DNA of 64,000 bases from an uncultured Candidatus Binatia bacterium (GTDB lineage: Bacteria > Desulfobacterota > Binatia > UBA9968 > JAJDTQ01): assembly GCA_965219905.1 (NCBI GenBank), contig CBDCOS010000008.1, positions 640,183 to 704,182 on the forward strand. Direction: 5' to 3'. Of this stretch, positions 36,490 to 46,028 are shown piece after piece. A program made the translations under genes and the position numbers. Below the pieces are notes generated by a model. It saw nothing but the letters and a program-made list of their open reading frames with translations. It was not told the origin of the DNA and ran no database searches. Every line of letters starts with the position of its first letter. Position 1 is the stretch's first letter.

Positions 36490-38406
36490 TCAATGGAGCT
36501 CCGGTCCGGCGGCGGCCGCCTCCCGCGCCCGCGCCCGCATCCACTCCCACCCGGTCAGGGCAAGTCCCACCACCAGGCCGACGATGTTCCACTGGAGCCA
36601 CGGGGTGACCATGCCCAGGCTGGCGGCCAGGAAGAGAAGGCGGGTTATTCCGTCGAGGTTCCTGAAGCAGTAGCCCTGCACGGCCATGCCCATGGCGATC
36701 ATGCTCAACACCGCGAAGGCAACGGTCACGGTGACCTCCACGGCGTTGCCGATGGTGATCAGCGCGGAGTTGGCCACGAACGCGTAGGGGAGCACGAAGG
36801 CGGGCAGGGCCAGCTTGACGGCCTCGATGGACGTGGGCACCACCGGCGACTGGGCGATGGCCGCGGCCGCGTAGCTCGTGGGCGCGGTGGGCGGGGTGAT
36901 GGCCGAGATGGCGCAAAAAAAGATCACGAACAGGTGCGCCTGGGGCACGATGGCGTCGGCGTCGAGACCCATGTTCCTGAGCATCACCACCAGCGCCGGG
37001 ATCGCGATGCCTACCTGCACGATGTAGGCGGACGACAGCGGCAGGCCCATGCCGAGGATGATGGCGGTGATCATGACGAAGACCAGGGCCAGCAGGAGGT
37101 GCCCGCCCGCCAGGTCCACGATGACGCCGGAGAACTTGATGGCGACGCCGGTGAGGTCGAAGATGCCCACCATGATGCCGGAGGTGATGATGGCCACGGA
37201 CACCACCGTGGACTGGATGCCGCCCTGCACCAGCGCGTCCCAGATGTCCTTGAGGCCCATGCGGGTGGCCTTGCGGAACCAACTCACGATCACGATGCCG
37301 ACGATGCAGCGCACCACCGCGTAGCCGGGGCTGAAGCCCGCCACCAGGAGATAGATCAGGATAATGAGGGGCAGCGCCAGGTGGCCCCGTTGGATGATGG
37401 TCTTCTTGAGGCTCGGCAGCTCCTCCCGCGGCACCGTGGGGATCTTCTCCTTGACCGCGTAGATGTGCACCATGATGCCCACGGCGAGGAAGTACAGCAC
37501 CGCGGGCACCAGGATGTACTGCATCACGTTGACGTAGGGGATGCCGGTGTACTCCGACATCAGGAAGCCCGCGGACGCCATCACCGGGGGCATGATCAGA
37601 CCGCCGGTGGAGGCCGACGCTTCCACCGCGCCGGCCATGTAGTCCCTGAAGCCGATCTTCTTCATCATCGGGATGCTGAACGACCCGGTGATGACGGCGT
37701 TGGCGGTGCTGCTGCCGGAGATGGAGCCCATGAGGCCGCTGGACACCACCGCGATCTTGGCCGGCCCGCCCCGGAAGCGCCCCGCCAGCGCGGTGGCGAA
37801 CTCGATGGTGAACTGGCCGAAGCCCGACTTCTCGAGGAAGGCTCCGAACACGATGAACAGGAAGATGAAGTTGGCCGAAATGTGGGTCGGCAGCCCGAAC
37901 AGCCCGTCGGTGAGGAAGTACTGGTTGTCCGCCACCTCCGATGCCGAGTAACCCAGGTGGTTCAGGAACCCGGGCAAGTAGGGCCCCAGGAACGCGAACA
38001 GGAAAATGATCAGGGCCAACGCCGCCAGCGGCCAGCCGACGGCGCGCCGGCACGCCTCCAGCGTCAGCGCCACCGCACCGAATGCCAGCACGAACTGGAA
38101 GGGAGCGAAGTCCTCCGTGTACCCGATGTGCTGGATGATCCACTCGTACTCGTAGAAGAGATAGCCCATGGTCACGAGCCACAGGCCGATAATGACGACG
38201 TCGTACCAGGGAAGCTTCCCGTCATCCGGCCGGCGGAACGCCGGGAAGCTCAGGAAGGTAATGACGATCATCAACGTGACGTGGAGCACGCGATGCAGGT
38301 ACGCTTCGGGTTGCCCGAAAAAGCCCGTGTAGATGTGGTAGGCCGAGGTCGCGAAAGCCACCAGGGTAAGGATGATCCCGGCAGGACCTGTCAGTTTGCG
38401 CTCCAT
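36490..38406 (-). CDS. TRAP transporter fused 4TM/12TM permease (TAXI-type TRAP-T, DctQM fusion)
   Basis: 638 aa, ~16-18 predicted TM helices with DctM-like blocks. Adjacent to the TAXI receptor gene. Confidence 0.9.
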   Translation of the reverse strand: MERKLTGPAGIILTLVAFATSAYHIYTGFFGQPEAYLHRVLHVTLMIVITFLSFPAFRRPDDGKLPWYDVVIIGLWLVTMGYLFYEYEWIIQHIGYTEDFAPFQFVLAFGAVALTLEACRRAVGWPLAALALIIFLFAFLGPYLPGFLNHLGYSASEVADNQYFLTDGLFGLPTHISANFIFLFIVFGAFLEKSGFGQFTIEFATALAGRFRGGPAKIAVVSSGLMGSISGSSTANAVITGSFSIPMMKKIGFRDYMAGAVEASASTGGLIMPPVMASAGFLMSEYTGIPYVNVMQYILVPAVLYFLAVGIMVHIYAVKEKIPTVPREELPSLKKTIIQRGHLALPLIILIYLLVAGFSPGYAVVRCIVGIVIVSWFRKATRMGLKDIWDALVQGGIQSTVVSVAIITSGIMVGIFDLTGVAIKFSGVIVDLAGGHLLLALVFVMITAIILGMGLPLSSAYIVQVGIAIPALVVMLRNMGLDADAIVPQAHLFVIFFCAISAITPPTAPTSYAAAAIAQSPVVPTSIEAVKLALPAFVLPYAFVANSALITIGNAVEVTVTVAFAVLSMIAMGMAVQGYCFRNLDGITRLLFLAASLGMVTPWLQWNIVGLVVGLALTGWEWMRARAREAAAAGPELH

Positions 38407-38490
38407 AGGACCGTTCTCTGCCGCGTGTCCGTGGCGGCGCGGACACCCGGGCGTACGCTCACGTCAGGTTGGTTGGAGGTGTGGAGGTGA

Positions 38491-38524
38491 CAGGGAGGGC
38501 CGGCGTCCCGGCCGGCCCTCCCTG
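38491..38524 (-). terminator. Perfect 15-bp-stem GC hairpin (cagggagggccggcc-ggga-cgccggccctccctg) 14 nt after the TAXI stop; no U-tract
   Basis: Direct inspection. It may be an attenuator or mRNA-stabilising stem between the receptor and permease genes rather than a full terminator. Confidence 0.3.
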
Positions 38525-38537
38525 CATGGGGGTCCGT

Positions 38538-39806
38538 CTAGTTGACGCCCTTCTCCTTCAGGTACTTGTCCAGGCCGGCGTGCCGCGGCGCGCCCACGTT
38601 GAGGGTGGCGTTGGCCAGCTTGACCCGCTCGAAGGCCTTCACGGCTCCGGCGAAGTCACCCAGGTTGTCGTAGACGTTCTTCATCGCCTCGATCATGGGC
38701 TGCAACTGCTAGACTGGTCGCTGCCGCTGTCGGTCAGCCCGTGGGCCACGATCACCTGGTGTCCCGCATCCGCCGCCGCCTGGGCGTTGTAGCCCTGGAT
38801 GAAGCCGTCCCCGGTCTTGAGGATGCGGCTCTGCGGGTCCGTGAAGTTCCGCTGTGCCTTCTCCGGCACCCTGGGCTCCTCCCCGGTCTTCCCCGGCCCT
38901 CCCTTCTCCCTGGCCTGCGCCTCCAGCGCCTCCTTCGCCTCCCGTATCCGCGCCAGCCGCTGCTGCTTGTCCGCCACCCACTCCGGCATCTCGTCTCACG
39001 AGCTTGTAGACGCGCTCTTCCGGAACGTCCTCGTTCGTGATGATGAGCAGGAAGGTCTGGACGGTGTTTATGTCCTTTTCCTGGTCGTAGTTCTTCTTGT
39101 CCAGCGTAAACGGCACGACGCCGGGATTGGCCGCGTTCATCTTCGCCACGTCCTCCTTGGAGAACGAGAGGATGCGGATGGGCGCGTGCGCCGCCAACTG
39201 GACGATGGGCGCGTAGTTCTCCTCGCCGGGTCCCAGGTAGGCGTCGATGTGGTTGTCCTTCATCTGCGCCACGGCATCGTTGAAGCCGAGATAGTTGACC
39301 TTGGAGAAGTCTTCGTAGCTGATGCCGAGGGCGCCCAGCATCTGCTGGTTCAGCGCCTGGAACGAGAACCGCTTGGGCATGACGTTGACCCGCTTGCCCT
39401 TGAGCTGCTCGTGCGACGTCACGTCGGACTTGGCCCACACCAGCCAGAACAGGTAGTTGGGGTAAAGGACCGCGGCCACGCGCACCTTCTTGGCCTGCGC
39501 CTCCTTGCCCTTGAACATCTTCGCCCCCTTGAGGGCCTCCTGAATGCTCGTGGCGCTGGAGAGGCCAAAGCTCATCTTGCCGGCCATGACGTTCAGCAGG
39601 TTGGACGTCCCGCCGCCGATTTCGACGGTCACCTTGTCGCCATCGTTCTTTTCAGCCAACCGCTGCACCACGGTCCCGATGGGGTACCAGGAACCGCCCG
39701 GCTTCGAGGCGCCGAACTTGTAGCTCTCCGCCACGGCCGCCGGTGCGAGCGTCGCGACAAAAACCGCGATCAGGGAAACTACCAGAAACCTGTGAAATCG
39801 ACTCAT
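38538..39806 (-). pseudogene. TAXI-family TRAP solute-binding protein gene, interrupted by a ~300-bp transposase fragment (N-part 39000-39806, C-part 38538-38696 in a different frame)
   Basis: The N-part up to ...TFLLIITNEDVPEERVYKL is TAXI-like, with a signal peptide MSRFHRFLVVSLIAVFVATLAPAAVA. The C-part ...MKNVYDNLGDFAGAVKAFERVKLANATLNVGAPRHAGLDKYLKEKGVN is a typical TAXI C-terminus (xHPGAxKYxKEKG). The two parts are in different frames and are separated by IS-like sequence. Confidence 0.6.
38697..38999 (-). mobile_element. Internal fragment of an IS1182/IS5-like DDE transposase gene inserted in the TAXI gene (no ends, no complete ORF)
   Basis: Reads MPEWVADKQQRLARIREAKEALEAQAREK...EKAQRNFTDPQSRILKTGDGFIQGYNAQAAADAGHQVIVAHGLTDSGSDQ...QLQPM. 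The blocks NFTDPxSRxxK, GFxQGYNAQAAVD, QxIVA and QLxPM resemble the conserved middle of IS1182-family transposases as I remember them. Confidence 0.55.
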
Positions 39807-39932
39807 CGTGATCTCCTTTCGCTGCTCCATCCGGTGCCCCATACGCCGGTGCCCGGACCATCAAGGTAGCTGAAACTACTTGCGCCGCCTGTAAATGTCA
39901 AGGAGGATAACGGCAGGAGGACAGGCACCGAA

Positions 39933-41492
39933 ATGAGCATGACAAGACGCAATTTCATCCAGTCCCTGGGCGCGGTTGCCGGGGTAGAAGCCGTTCACCG
40001 GACCATGCAGGCGCTGGGGTTGTCGGGGGTGGGCGAGGCCCACGCGGCGGCGCCCGATCTGCCCCGCGGCGCCGGGAAGGGGAAGAGCGTCGTCATTCTC
40101 GGGGCCGGCATTTCCGGCATGACGGCCGCCTACGAGCTGTCGAAGGCCGGCTACCGCTGCACGATCCTGGAGGCCACCGGCCGCGCCGGTGGGCGCAACC
40201 GGACGGCGCGCGGCGGCGACGTGATCGAAGAGACCGGCGGCCGGCAACGGGTGGACTTCGACCGCGGGGACCACCTCTACGCCAACCTCGGCCCGGCCCG
40301 CATTCCCTACCATCACCGGGAGATCCTCGGTTACTGCAAGGAATTCGGGGTCGAGCTCGAGGTCTTCACCAACGACAACCGCGCGGCGCTCTTCCACAAC
40401 CGGGAACGCTTCGGCGGCAAGCCGGTGGTGGCCCGCCAGGTCCTCACCGACACCCGCGGCTATATCGCGGAGCTGCTCGCAAAAGCGGTCAACGGCAACG
40501 CCCTGGACAGCGAGCTGACGGGCGAGGACAAGGAGCGCATCCTGGAGATGCTGGTCAGGTACGGCGGCCTGGATCCGGATCGCCTCTACAAAGGCTCGAA
40601 CCGCGGCGGCTATCGCGGCGATCAGGTCCACGCGGGCCTCAAGGCGGGAGACGTAAACGCCCCTCTGGACCTGAGCGAGCTTCTCAAGGCGGACTTCTGG
40701 CAGTACAAGCTCCACTTCAGCCAATTCCTCAACCAGAACCCGACGCTGTTCCAGCCCGTCGGCGGCATGGACGCCATCACCAACGCCTTCGAGCGGCAAG
40801 TCCGGCCACTCATCCGCTATCGCAGCGTCACCAAGGAGATTCGCAAGACGCCCGCGGGCGTTCGCATCGTCTACCGGCAGGCGGGAAAGGGCGCCGACGA
40901 CGCCATCGACGCCGATTTCGCCATCTGCACCATACCCGCGCCCGTTCTGAAGGACATCGCCAACGACTTCTCCGCGGAGACGCGGGCGGTCATCGAGTCG
41001 ATCGAGTTCGTGCGGGCCGTCAAGATCGCCTTCCAGGCCCGCCGCTTCTGGGAGGAAGACCACGCCATCTACGGCGGCATCTCGTGGACCGACCAGGACA
41101 TCACGCAGATCTGGTATCCGCCCTACGGCTACCACCGCGAGAAGGGGATCATCGTCGGCGCCTACATCTGGGACGAAAAGCCCGGACTGCGCTACGGCGG
41201 CATGACCCCGGCCGAGCGGCTGCGGGCCGCCGTCGCCGAGGGCGAGCGCATCCACCCCGGTTACGCCGCGGAGATCGAGTCCGGGGTCAGCGTGGCCTGG
41301 GCCGAGACCCCCTTCCAGAAGGGCGGCTGGCCGAAAAGCCGCCACGAGTCGCCCGAAGCGCTCCAGAGGCCCGACGGGCCCATCCACTTCGCCGGCGACC
41401 AGGTCAGCGGGTTGCCCGGATGGCAGGAGGGCGCGGTGCTGGGAGCCCACATGGCGGTCCGTGCCATCAACGAGCGGGTGATGGGGAAGTAG
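39933..41492 (+). CDS. Flavin-containing amine oxidase family protein with a Tat signal peptide
   Basis: Tat motif MSMTRRNFIQSLGAV; FAD dinucleotide fold VVILGAGISGMTAAYELSKAGYRCTILEATGRAGGR; amine-oxidase C-terminal blocks. Confidence 0.85.
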   Translation: MSMTRRNFIQSLGAVAGVEAVHRTMQALGLSGVGEAHAAAPDLPRGAGKGKSVVILGAGISGMTAAYELSKAGYRCTILEATGRAGGRNRTARGGDVIEETGGRQRVDFDRGDHLYANLGPARIPYHHREILGYCKEFGVELEVFTNDNRAALFHNRERFGGKPVVARQVLTDTRGYIAELLAKAVNGNALDSELTGEDKERILEMLVRYGGLDPDRLYKGSNRGGYRGDQVHAGLKAGDVNAPLDLSELLKADFWQYKLHFSQFLNQNPTLFQPVGGMDAITNAFERQVRPLIRYRSVTKEIRKTPAGVRIVYRQAGKGADDAIDADFAICTIPAPVLKDIANDFSAETRAVIESIEFVRAVKIAFQARRFWEEDHAIYGGISWTDQDITQIWYPPYGYHREKGIIVGAYIWDEKPGLRYGGMTPAERLRAAVAEGERIHPGYAAEIESGVSVAWAETPFQKGGWPKSRHESPEALQRPDGPIHFAGDQVSGLPGWQEGAVLGAHMAVRAINERVMGK

Positions 41493-41559
41493 CGCGGGCG
41501 TGTTCTTGACAACCCGGGGGTAATTGGCTACGCACCCCCAGAAAGCAGCATCCACCCCC

Positions 41560-42435
41560 ATGAAACCCGCACCGTTTACCTACTACTGTCCGGCGACCCT
41601 GGATGAGGCCGTCCGGCTGCTCGACGAGCACGGCGACGACGGCAAGATCCTCGCCGGCGGACAGAGCCTGATGCCGCTCATGAGCCTGCGTCTGGCCCGG
41701 CCCGCCGTGATCGTGGACATGAACCGGGTCCCCGGCCTCGACGCCGTCGCGGTCAACGGCGACGGCATCTTGAGCATCGGCGCGATGACGCGCCAGCGGG
41801 CGCTGGAGCGCGACCCCGGTCTCGCCCAACGGAATCCGCTGCTGGCGGCGGCGGTGCCCCTCATCGGCCACTTCCAGATCCGCAACCGCGGCACGGTGGG
41901 CGGCAGCCTGGTGCATGCCGATCCGGCCTCCGAGCTGCCGGCGGTGGCCGTGACCCTGGGCGCCGACTTCGTGCTCGCCAGCGCCGCCGGCGAGCGGGTG
42001 GTGAGCGCGGAAGACTTCTACCTGGGCTACATGGCCACGGCCTGCGAGGCCAACGAGGTGCTCACCGAGGTCCGCGTGCCGGCGTGGAAGGCCGGCCGCC
42101 TCTGGGCCATCGACGAGGTGGCCCGGCGCAAGGGCGACTTCGCCATGGTGGGCGTGGCGCTCTGGGCGGACATGAACGGCGGCGCATGCGAGGACGCCCG
42201 CGTCACGCTGTTCGGCGTGGGCGGCCGGCCTGTCCGGGTGGAGAAGGCGGAGCAGCGGCTCAAGGGCGCGGCCCTGGACGGCGCCACCCTCGAGGAGGTC
42301 GAACGCATCGTGTTCGAGGAGCTGGACCCCGACTCCGACATTCACGCATCGGCGCTGTACCGCAAGGAGGTGGGCGGCGTCCTCACCCGGCGCGCGTTGA
42401 GCGCGGCCGCGGCGAGGGGCACGGAGGCCGCATGA
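41560..42435 (+). CDS. Molybdenum hydroxylase FAD-binding subunit (CoxM / xanthine dehydrogenase family medium subunit)
   Basis: Start at MKPAPFTYYCPATLDEAVRLL. FAD_binding_5 motifs (ILAGGQSLMPLM...). Stop overlaps the coxS-like start (ATGA). Confidence 0.85.
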   Translation: MKPAPFTYYCPATLDEAVRLLDEHGDDGKILAGGQSLMPLMSLRLARPAVIVDMNRVPGLDAVAVNGDGILSIGAMTRQRALERDPGLAQRNPLLAAAVPLIGHFQIRNRGTVGGSLVHADPASELPAVAVTLGADFVLASAAGERVVSAEDFYLGYMATACEANEVLTEVRVPAWKAGRLWAIDEVARRKGDFAMVGVALWADMNGGACEDARVTLFGVGGRPVRVEKAEQRLKGAALDGATLEEVERIVFEELDPDSDIHASALYRKEVGGVLTRRALSAAAARGTEAA

Positions 42436-42923
42436 GCACCAAGAGCATCCTCAACCTGACGGTCAACGGCAAGGCCTACGAGAAGCTGGTGGAAGTGCGC
42501 ATGACCCTGGCGGACTTCCTCCGGAACGAGCTGGACCTCACCGGCACGCACCTGGGCTGCGAGCACGGCGTGTGCGGCGCCTGCACGGTGATCATGAACG
42601 GCGAGGCGGTGCGCTCCTGCCTGCTGCTGGCGGTGCAGGCGGAAGGAGCGACGCTGGAGACGGTCGAGGGGCTGGCGGACGGCGACCGACTGCACCCGCT
42701 CCAGGCGGCTTTCCAGGACCGGCACGCGCTCCAGTGCGGCTTCTGCACCCCGGGGTTCCTCATGACCGCATCGGCCTTCCTCAAGGAGAACCCCCGGCCT
42801 ACGGAAGCCGAGATCCGCGAGGCCATCTCCGGAAACATCTGCCGCTGCACCGGCTACCAACCCATCATCGAGGCCATCGCCCAGGCGGCCCCGGAGGTGC
42901 GCGGCGGATCGGACGCGGACTGA
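42432..42923 (+). CDS. (2Fe-2S)-binding small subunit of molybdenum hydroxylase (CoxS-like)
   Basis: MSTKSILNLTVNGKAYE...CEHGVCGACTV...CGFCTPGF...CRCTGY: both [2Fe-2S] cysteine clusters present. Confidence 0.9.
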   Translation: MSTKSILNLTVNGKAYEKLVEVRMTLADFLRNELDLTGTHLGCEHGVCGACTVIMNGEAVRSCLLLAVQAEGATLETVEGLADGDRLHPLQAAFQDRHALQCGFCTPGFLMTASAFLKENPRPTEAEIREAISGNICRCTGYQPIIEAIAQAAPEVRGGSDAD

Positions 42924-45235
42924 TGGCGGAATCATACATCGGCGCCCCCATCAGGCGGCGCGAGGACGTCCGGTTCATCACCGGCGCCGGCACCTACGTG
43001 GACGACATCAAGCTGCCCCACATGGTCCACGCCGCGATCCTGCGCAGCCCCCACGCCCACGCCCGCATCCTGAACATCGACACCAGCCGGGCCGAGGCCC
43101 TGCCCGGAGTCGTCTCCGTGTTCACGCTGAAGGACATCGGCGAGCTGGACGCCACCGTCCCCATCCGCATGTACAAGATCCCGGGGCTGGACAAGTACCT
43201 CCAGCCGTCGCTGGCCCGGGACGTGGTGCGCTACGTGGGCGAGCCCGTGGCGGTGGCCGTGGCCGAGAGCCGCTACCTGGCCGAGGACGCGCTGGACGCC
43301 ATCGACGTCGACTACGACGTGCTGCAGGAAGTGATGGACGTGCGCGAGGCCCTGGAAGACAAGGTGCTGGTGCATGAACACAACGGCACCAACCTGGCAG
43401 GGGTCCACCTTGTCGACATCGGCGATGTCGACAAGGCCTTCGCAGAGGCCGACTACACCCGCCGGGAGGAGTTCCGGGTCCACCGCTTCACCGGCAACCC
43501 CATGGAGACCCGCGGCATCCTCGCCCACTTCGACCGCGGCAAGGGCGAGCTCAAGGTCTACGGCGCCACCAAGCTGCCGCACCTGAACCGCCAGACCATC
43601 GCCGCCTTCCTGCAACTGCCCGAGCACAAGTGCCACTTCGAGGAGAACGACGTGGGCGGCGGCTTCGGCATCCGCGGCGAGCTCTACCCCGAGGACTTCC
43701 TGATCCCCTTCGCCACCATGCGGCTCGGTCTGCCGGTGAAGTGGATCGAGGACCGGCGCGAGCACCTGCTGGCGGCCAACCACTCGCGGCAGGTCACCTG
43801 CGAGCTGGAGATCGCGGCGCGCAAGGACGGCACCCTGCTGGCCCTGCGGGCGCAGGTCTACGGCGACATGGGCGCCTACGTGCGCACCCACGGCGGGCTG
43901 GTGCCCTGCTCCACGGCGGCGCTGATGACCGGCCCCTACCGGATCCCCAACTACGAGGCCAACATCCACTGCGTCATGACCAACAAGACCGGCATGGGCA
44001 CGCTGCGGGCCCCCGGACGGGTGGAGTCGTGCTTCTACCGCGAGCGCATGCTGGACATGATGGCCCGGGACCTGGACCTCGACCCGGTGGAGCTGCGGCG
44101 GAAGAACCTGGTGACGCCCGAAGAGATCCCCTACGAGATCGGCTTTACCCGGCCCAGCAGCCACCCCACCATCCTGGACAGCGGAGACTATGCGAGCGCG
44201 CTCCGGCAGGCCCTGGAACGGTTCGAGTACGACGAGATGCTGGCGCAACAGGGCCTCGGGGACGATGGCCGGTATTACGGCGTCGGCCTGTCCTACTTCG
44301 TCAAGAACACCGGCGGGCTGGAGCCCTACGAGGGCGCCCGCATGGTGGTGGGCGAGGGCGGCGGGGTGAGTGTGTTCCTGAGCATCGCCCAGCTCGGACA
44401 GGGGCACGAGACCGCCATGGCCCAGATCTGCGGCGACGCCCTGGGCGTTTCCATGGACGCCATCTCCGTGTTCCACGGCAACACCGACCTCTCGCCCTTC
44501 GGCTGGGGCACCTTCGCCAGCCGCGGCACGGTCATGGCCGGCAACGCGGTGCACCTGACCGCGCTACAACTGAAGGACAAGATCCTGGAGGCCGCCGCCC
44601 GGCACCTGGAGGTGGACGCCGCCACCCTCTCGCTGGAGGACGGCAACATCGTCCAGCCCGGCACCGAGGCGCCGGCGCTTCCCCTGGGAGAGCTGGTGGC
44701 GCACATGCGCGAGTCCATCACCCCCGAGCAGGGCGTCCCCGAGCTGGAAGCCACCGCCTACTACAACTCCAACAACATCACCCACACCTACGGCGTGCAC
44801 CTGGCCCACGTCGCCGTGGACCCCGAGACCGGCATCCTGGAGGTGCTCAAGTACCTGGTGGTGGAAGATGTCGGCCGGGTGGTCAACCCGCTCATGGTGC
44901 ACGGCCAGACCGTCGGCGCCGCGGTGCAGGGCATCGGCGGCGTGGTGCTGGAAGAGCTCGTGTACGGCGAAGGCGGCCAGCTCCTCACCACCACGTTCCT
45001 GGACTACCTGCTGCCCACCAGCACCGACGTCCCCCCCATCGACGACCTCGTGCTGGAAGAAGCCCCCTCCCCCTACAACCCCTTGGGCGTCAAGGGCGCC
45101 GGAGAAGGCGGCATCGTCGGCACCGCCGGCGCCCTCGGCAACGCCGTCAGCAACGCCCTCGGCATCGAAGTCAAGGACCTCCCCCTCAGCCCCGACCGCA
45201 TCCGAGCCTGGATCCGGGCGCGCAACGACGGCTAG
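42923..45235 (+). CDS. Molybdopterin-binding large subunit of a xanthine-dehydrogenase-family hydroxylase (CoxL-like; no AYRGAGR/VAYRCSFR CODH active-site motif seen, so probably not a true CO dehydrogenase)
   Basis: 770 aa. MAESYIGAPIRRREDVRFITGAGTYVDDIKLPHMVHAAILRSPHAHARI is the aldehyde-oxidase/xanthine-dehydrogenase a/b hammerhead start, with large MoCo-binding domains. Confidence 0.9.
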   Translation: MAESYIGAPIRRREDVRFITGAGTYVDDIKLPHMVHAAILRSPHAHARILNIDTSRAEALPGVVSVFTLKDIGELDATVPIRMYKIPGLDKYLQPSLARDVVRYVGEPVAVAVAESRYLAEDALDAIDVDYDVLQEVMDVREALEDKVLVHEHNGTNLAGVHLVDIGDVDKAFAEADYTRREEFRVHRFTGNPMETRGILAHFDRGKGELKVYGATKLPHLNRQTIAAFLQLPEHKCHFEENDVGGGFGIRGELYPEDFLIPFATMRLGLPVKWIEDRREHLLAANHSRQVTCELEIAARKDGTLLALRAQVYGDMGAYVRTHGGLVPCSTAALMTGPYRIPNYEANIHCVMTNKTGMGTLRAPGRVESCFYRERMLDMMARDLDLDPVELRRKNLVTPEEIPYEIGFTRPSSHPTILDSGDYASALRQALERFEYDEMLAQQGLGDDGRYYGVGLSYFVKNTGGLEPYEGARMVVGEGGGVSVFLSIAQLGQGHETAMAQICGDALGVSMDAISVFHGNTDLSPFGWGTFASRGTVMAGNAVHLTALQLKDKILEAAARHLEVDAATLSLEDGNIVQPGTEAPALPLGELVAHMRESITPEQGVPELEATAYYNSNNITHTYGVHLAHVAVDPETGILEVLKYLVVEDVGRVVNPLMVHGQTVGAAVQGIGGVVLEELVYGEGGQLLTTTFLDYLLPTSTDVPPIDDLVLEEAPSPYNPLGVKGAGEGGIVGTAGALGNAVSNALGIEVKDLPLSPDRIRAWIRARNDG

Positions 45236-45284
45236 CGCATCTCGGCGCCGCCGCCCCGATTTCGGTCATCCGCCGCCCCTTCCT

Positions 45285-45533
45285 CCGTCATTCCCTTGCA
45301 CTTCCTCCGTCGCTCCCGCGAAGAGGCTGTGACAAAACTCGCCACGCGACGACCTTACGAAACCGTCATTCCCGCGAAACAGGGTGGTCAATACCCCATC
45401 CGAGAGAGACAACGTCGCCCAAAACCGTCATTCCCGCGAAAGCGGGAATCCAGGGGCGGGGAAGGGTGTGGCGGCCGCGCACCCCGCTCCACCCCACCTG
45501 GTTTCCCGCTTTCGCGGGAATGACGGAGTATGG
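45285..45533. repeat. Cluster of the palindromic repeat family: two degenerate half-units plus one complete ~100-bp palindromic element (45425-45526)
   Basis: ccgtcattcccgcgaaagcgggaatccaggggcgg ... ggtttcccgctttcgcgggaatgacgg. Arms are reverse complements. Confidence 0.8.
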
Positions 45534-45597
45534 GGCGGGAAGGACGATTCGGTAGCCGTTGCCCTCCCCCTCACACCGCGGGCTGCGGCCGGTATCG

Positions 45598-45882
45598 CTA
45601 TACATGGAGCCGGTCCTGGTTCTTGCGCGCCTGCACGAGATCGTAGGTAGTCTGGCGTCGCAGCCAGAACTCGGCATTCGACCAGCCTGCCTTCTCCAGC
45701 CGGAGAGCCATCTCCGGAGAGATCGCCGCGTGGCCGTTGAGAACCCGGGACAGGGTGTGACGGGCCACGCCCAGCACCCGCGCCGCTTCGGTCACGCTCA
45801 AACCGAGCGGTTCCAGGCAGTTCTCGCGGACGCTGCGTCCGGGATGCGGAGGATCGATCATCGCCATTCTCATGCCTCCCAT
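45598..45882 (-). CDS. higA: HigA-family antitoxin (XRE-type HTH)
   Basis: [77 protein letters not shown] is the canonical HigA sequence pattern. Confidence 0.8.
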   Translation of the reverse strand: MGGMRMAMIDPPHPGRSVRENCLEPLGLSVTEAARVLGVARHTLSRVLNGHAAISPEMALRLEKAGWSNAEFWLRRQTTYDLVQARKNQDRLHV

Positions 45883-45883
45883 T

Positions 45884-45997
45884 TCAGTGGTAGTCGGTCA
45901 GGTCGACGTCGTACGCGTCACCGTCCTCAATGCGAAATGTCGCTCGCCAGTTGCCAGAGATCGAGATGCAACGACGCAGCAGTGAATTTATGCTGAA
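45884..45997 (-). pseudogene. higB: HigB toxin remnant: only the C-terminal ~25 residues ([24 protein letters not shown]) survive, preceded by an in-frame stop
   Basis: Minus-strand translation just upstream of higA ends ...[25 protein letters not shown], matching the HigB/RelE-fold C-terminus ([23 protein letters not shown]). A TGA sits 38 codons upstream with no start codon between. Confidence 0.5.
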
Positions 45998-46028
45998 TCA
46001 CCGTGGCTGGAAGAGAAGGGCCGATCCC

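Noticed and set aside
38693-38989. Calling the IS1182-like segment a functional transposase gene
   Set aside because: Only ~100 codons of the transposase middle are present, flanked on both sides by TAXI coding sequence in other frames, with no N-terminal, catalytic-complete or C-terminal parts and no IS ends. It is a fragment.
42923-45235. Annotating the coxMSL-type genes as aerobic carbon-monoxide dehydrogenase
   Set aside because: I could not find the form I (VAYRCSFR) or form II (AYRGAGR) active-site loop in either large subunit, and the adjacent gene is an amine oxidase. They are called generic xanthine-dehydrogenase-family molybdenum hydroxylases instead.
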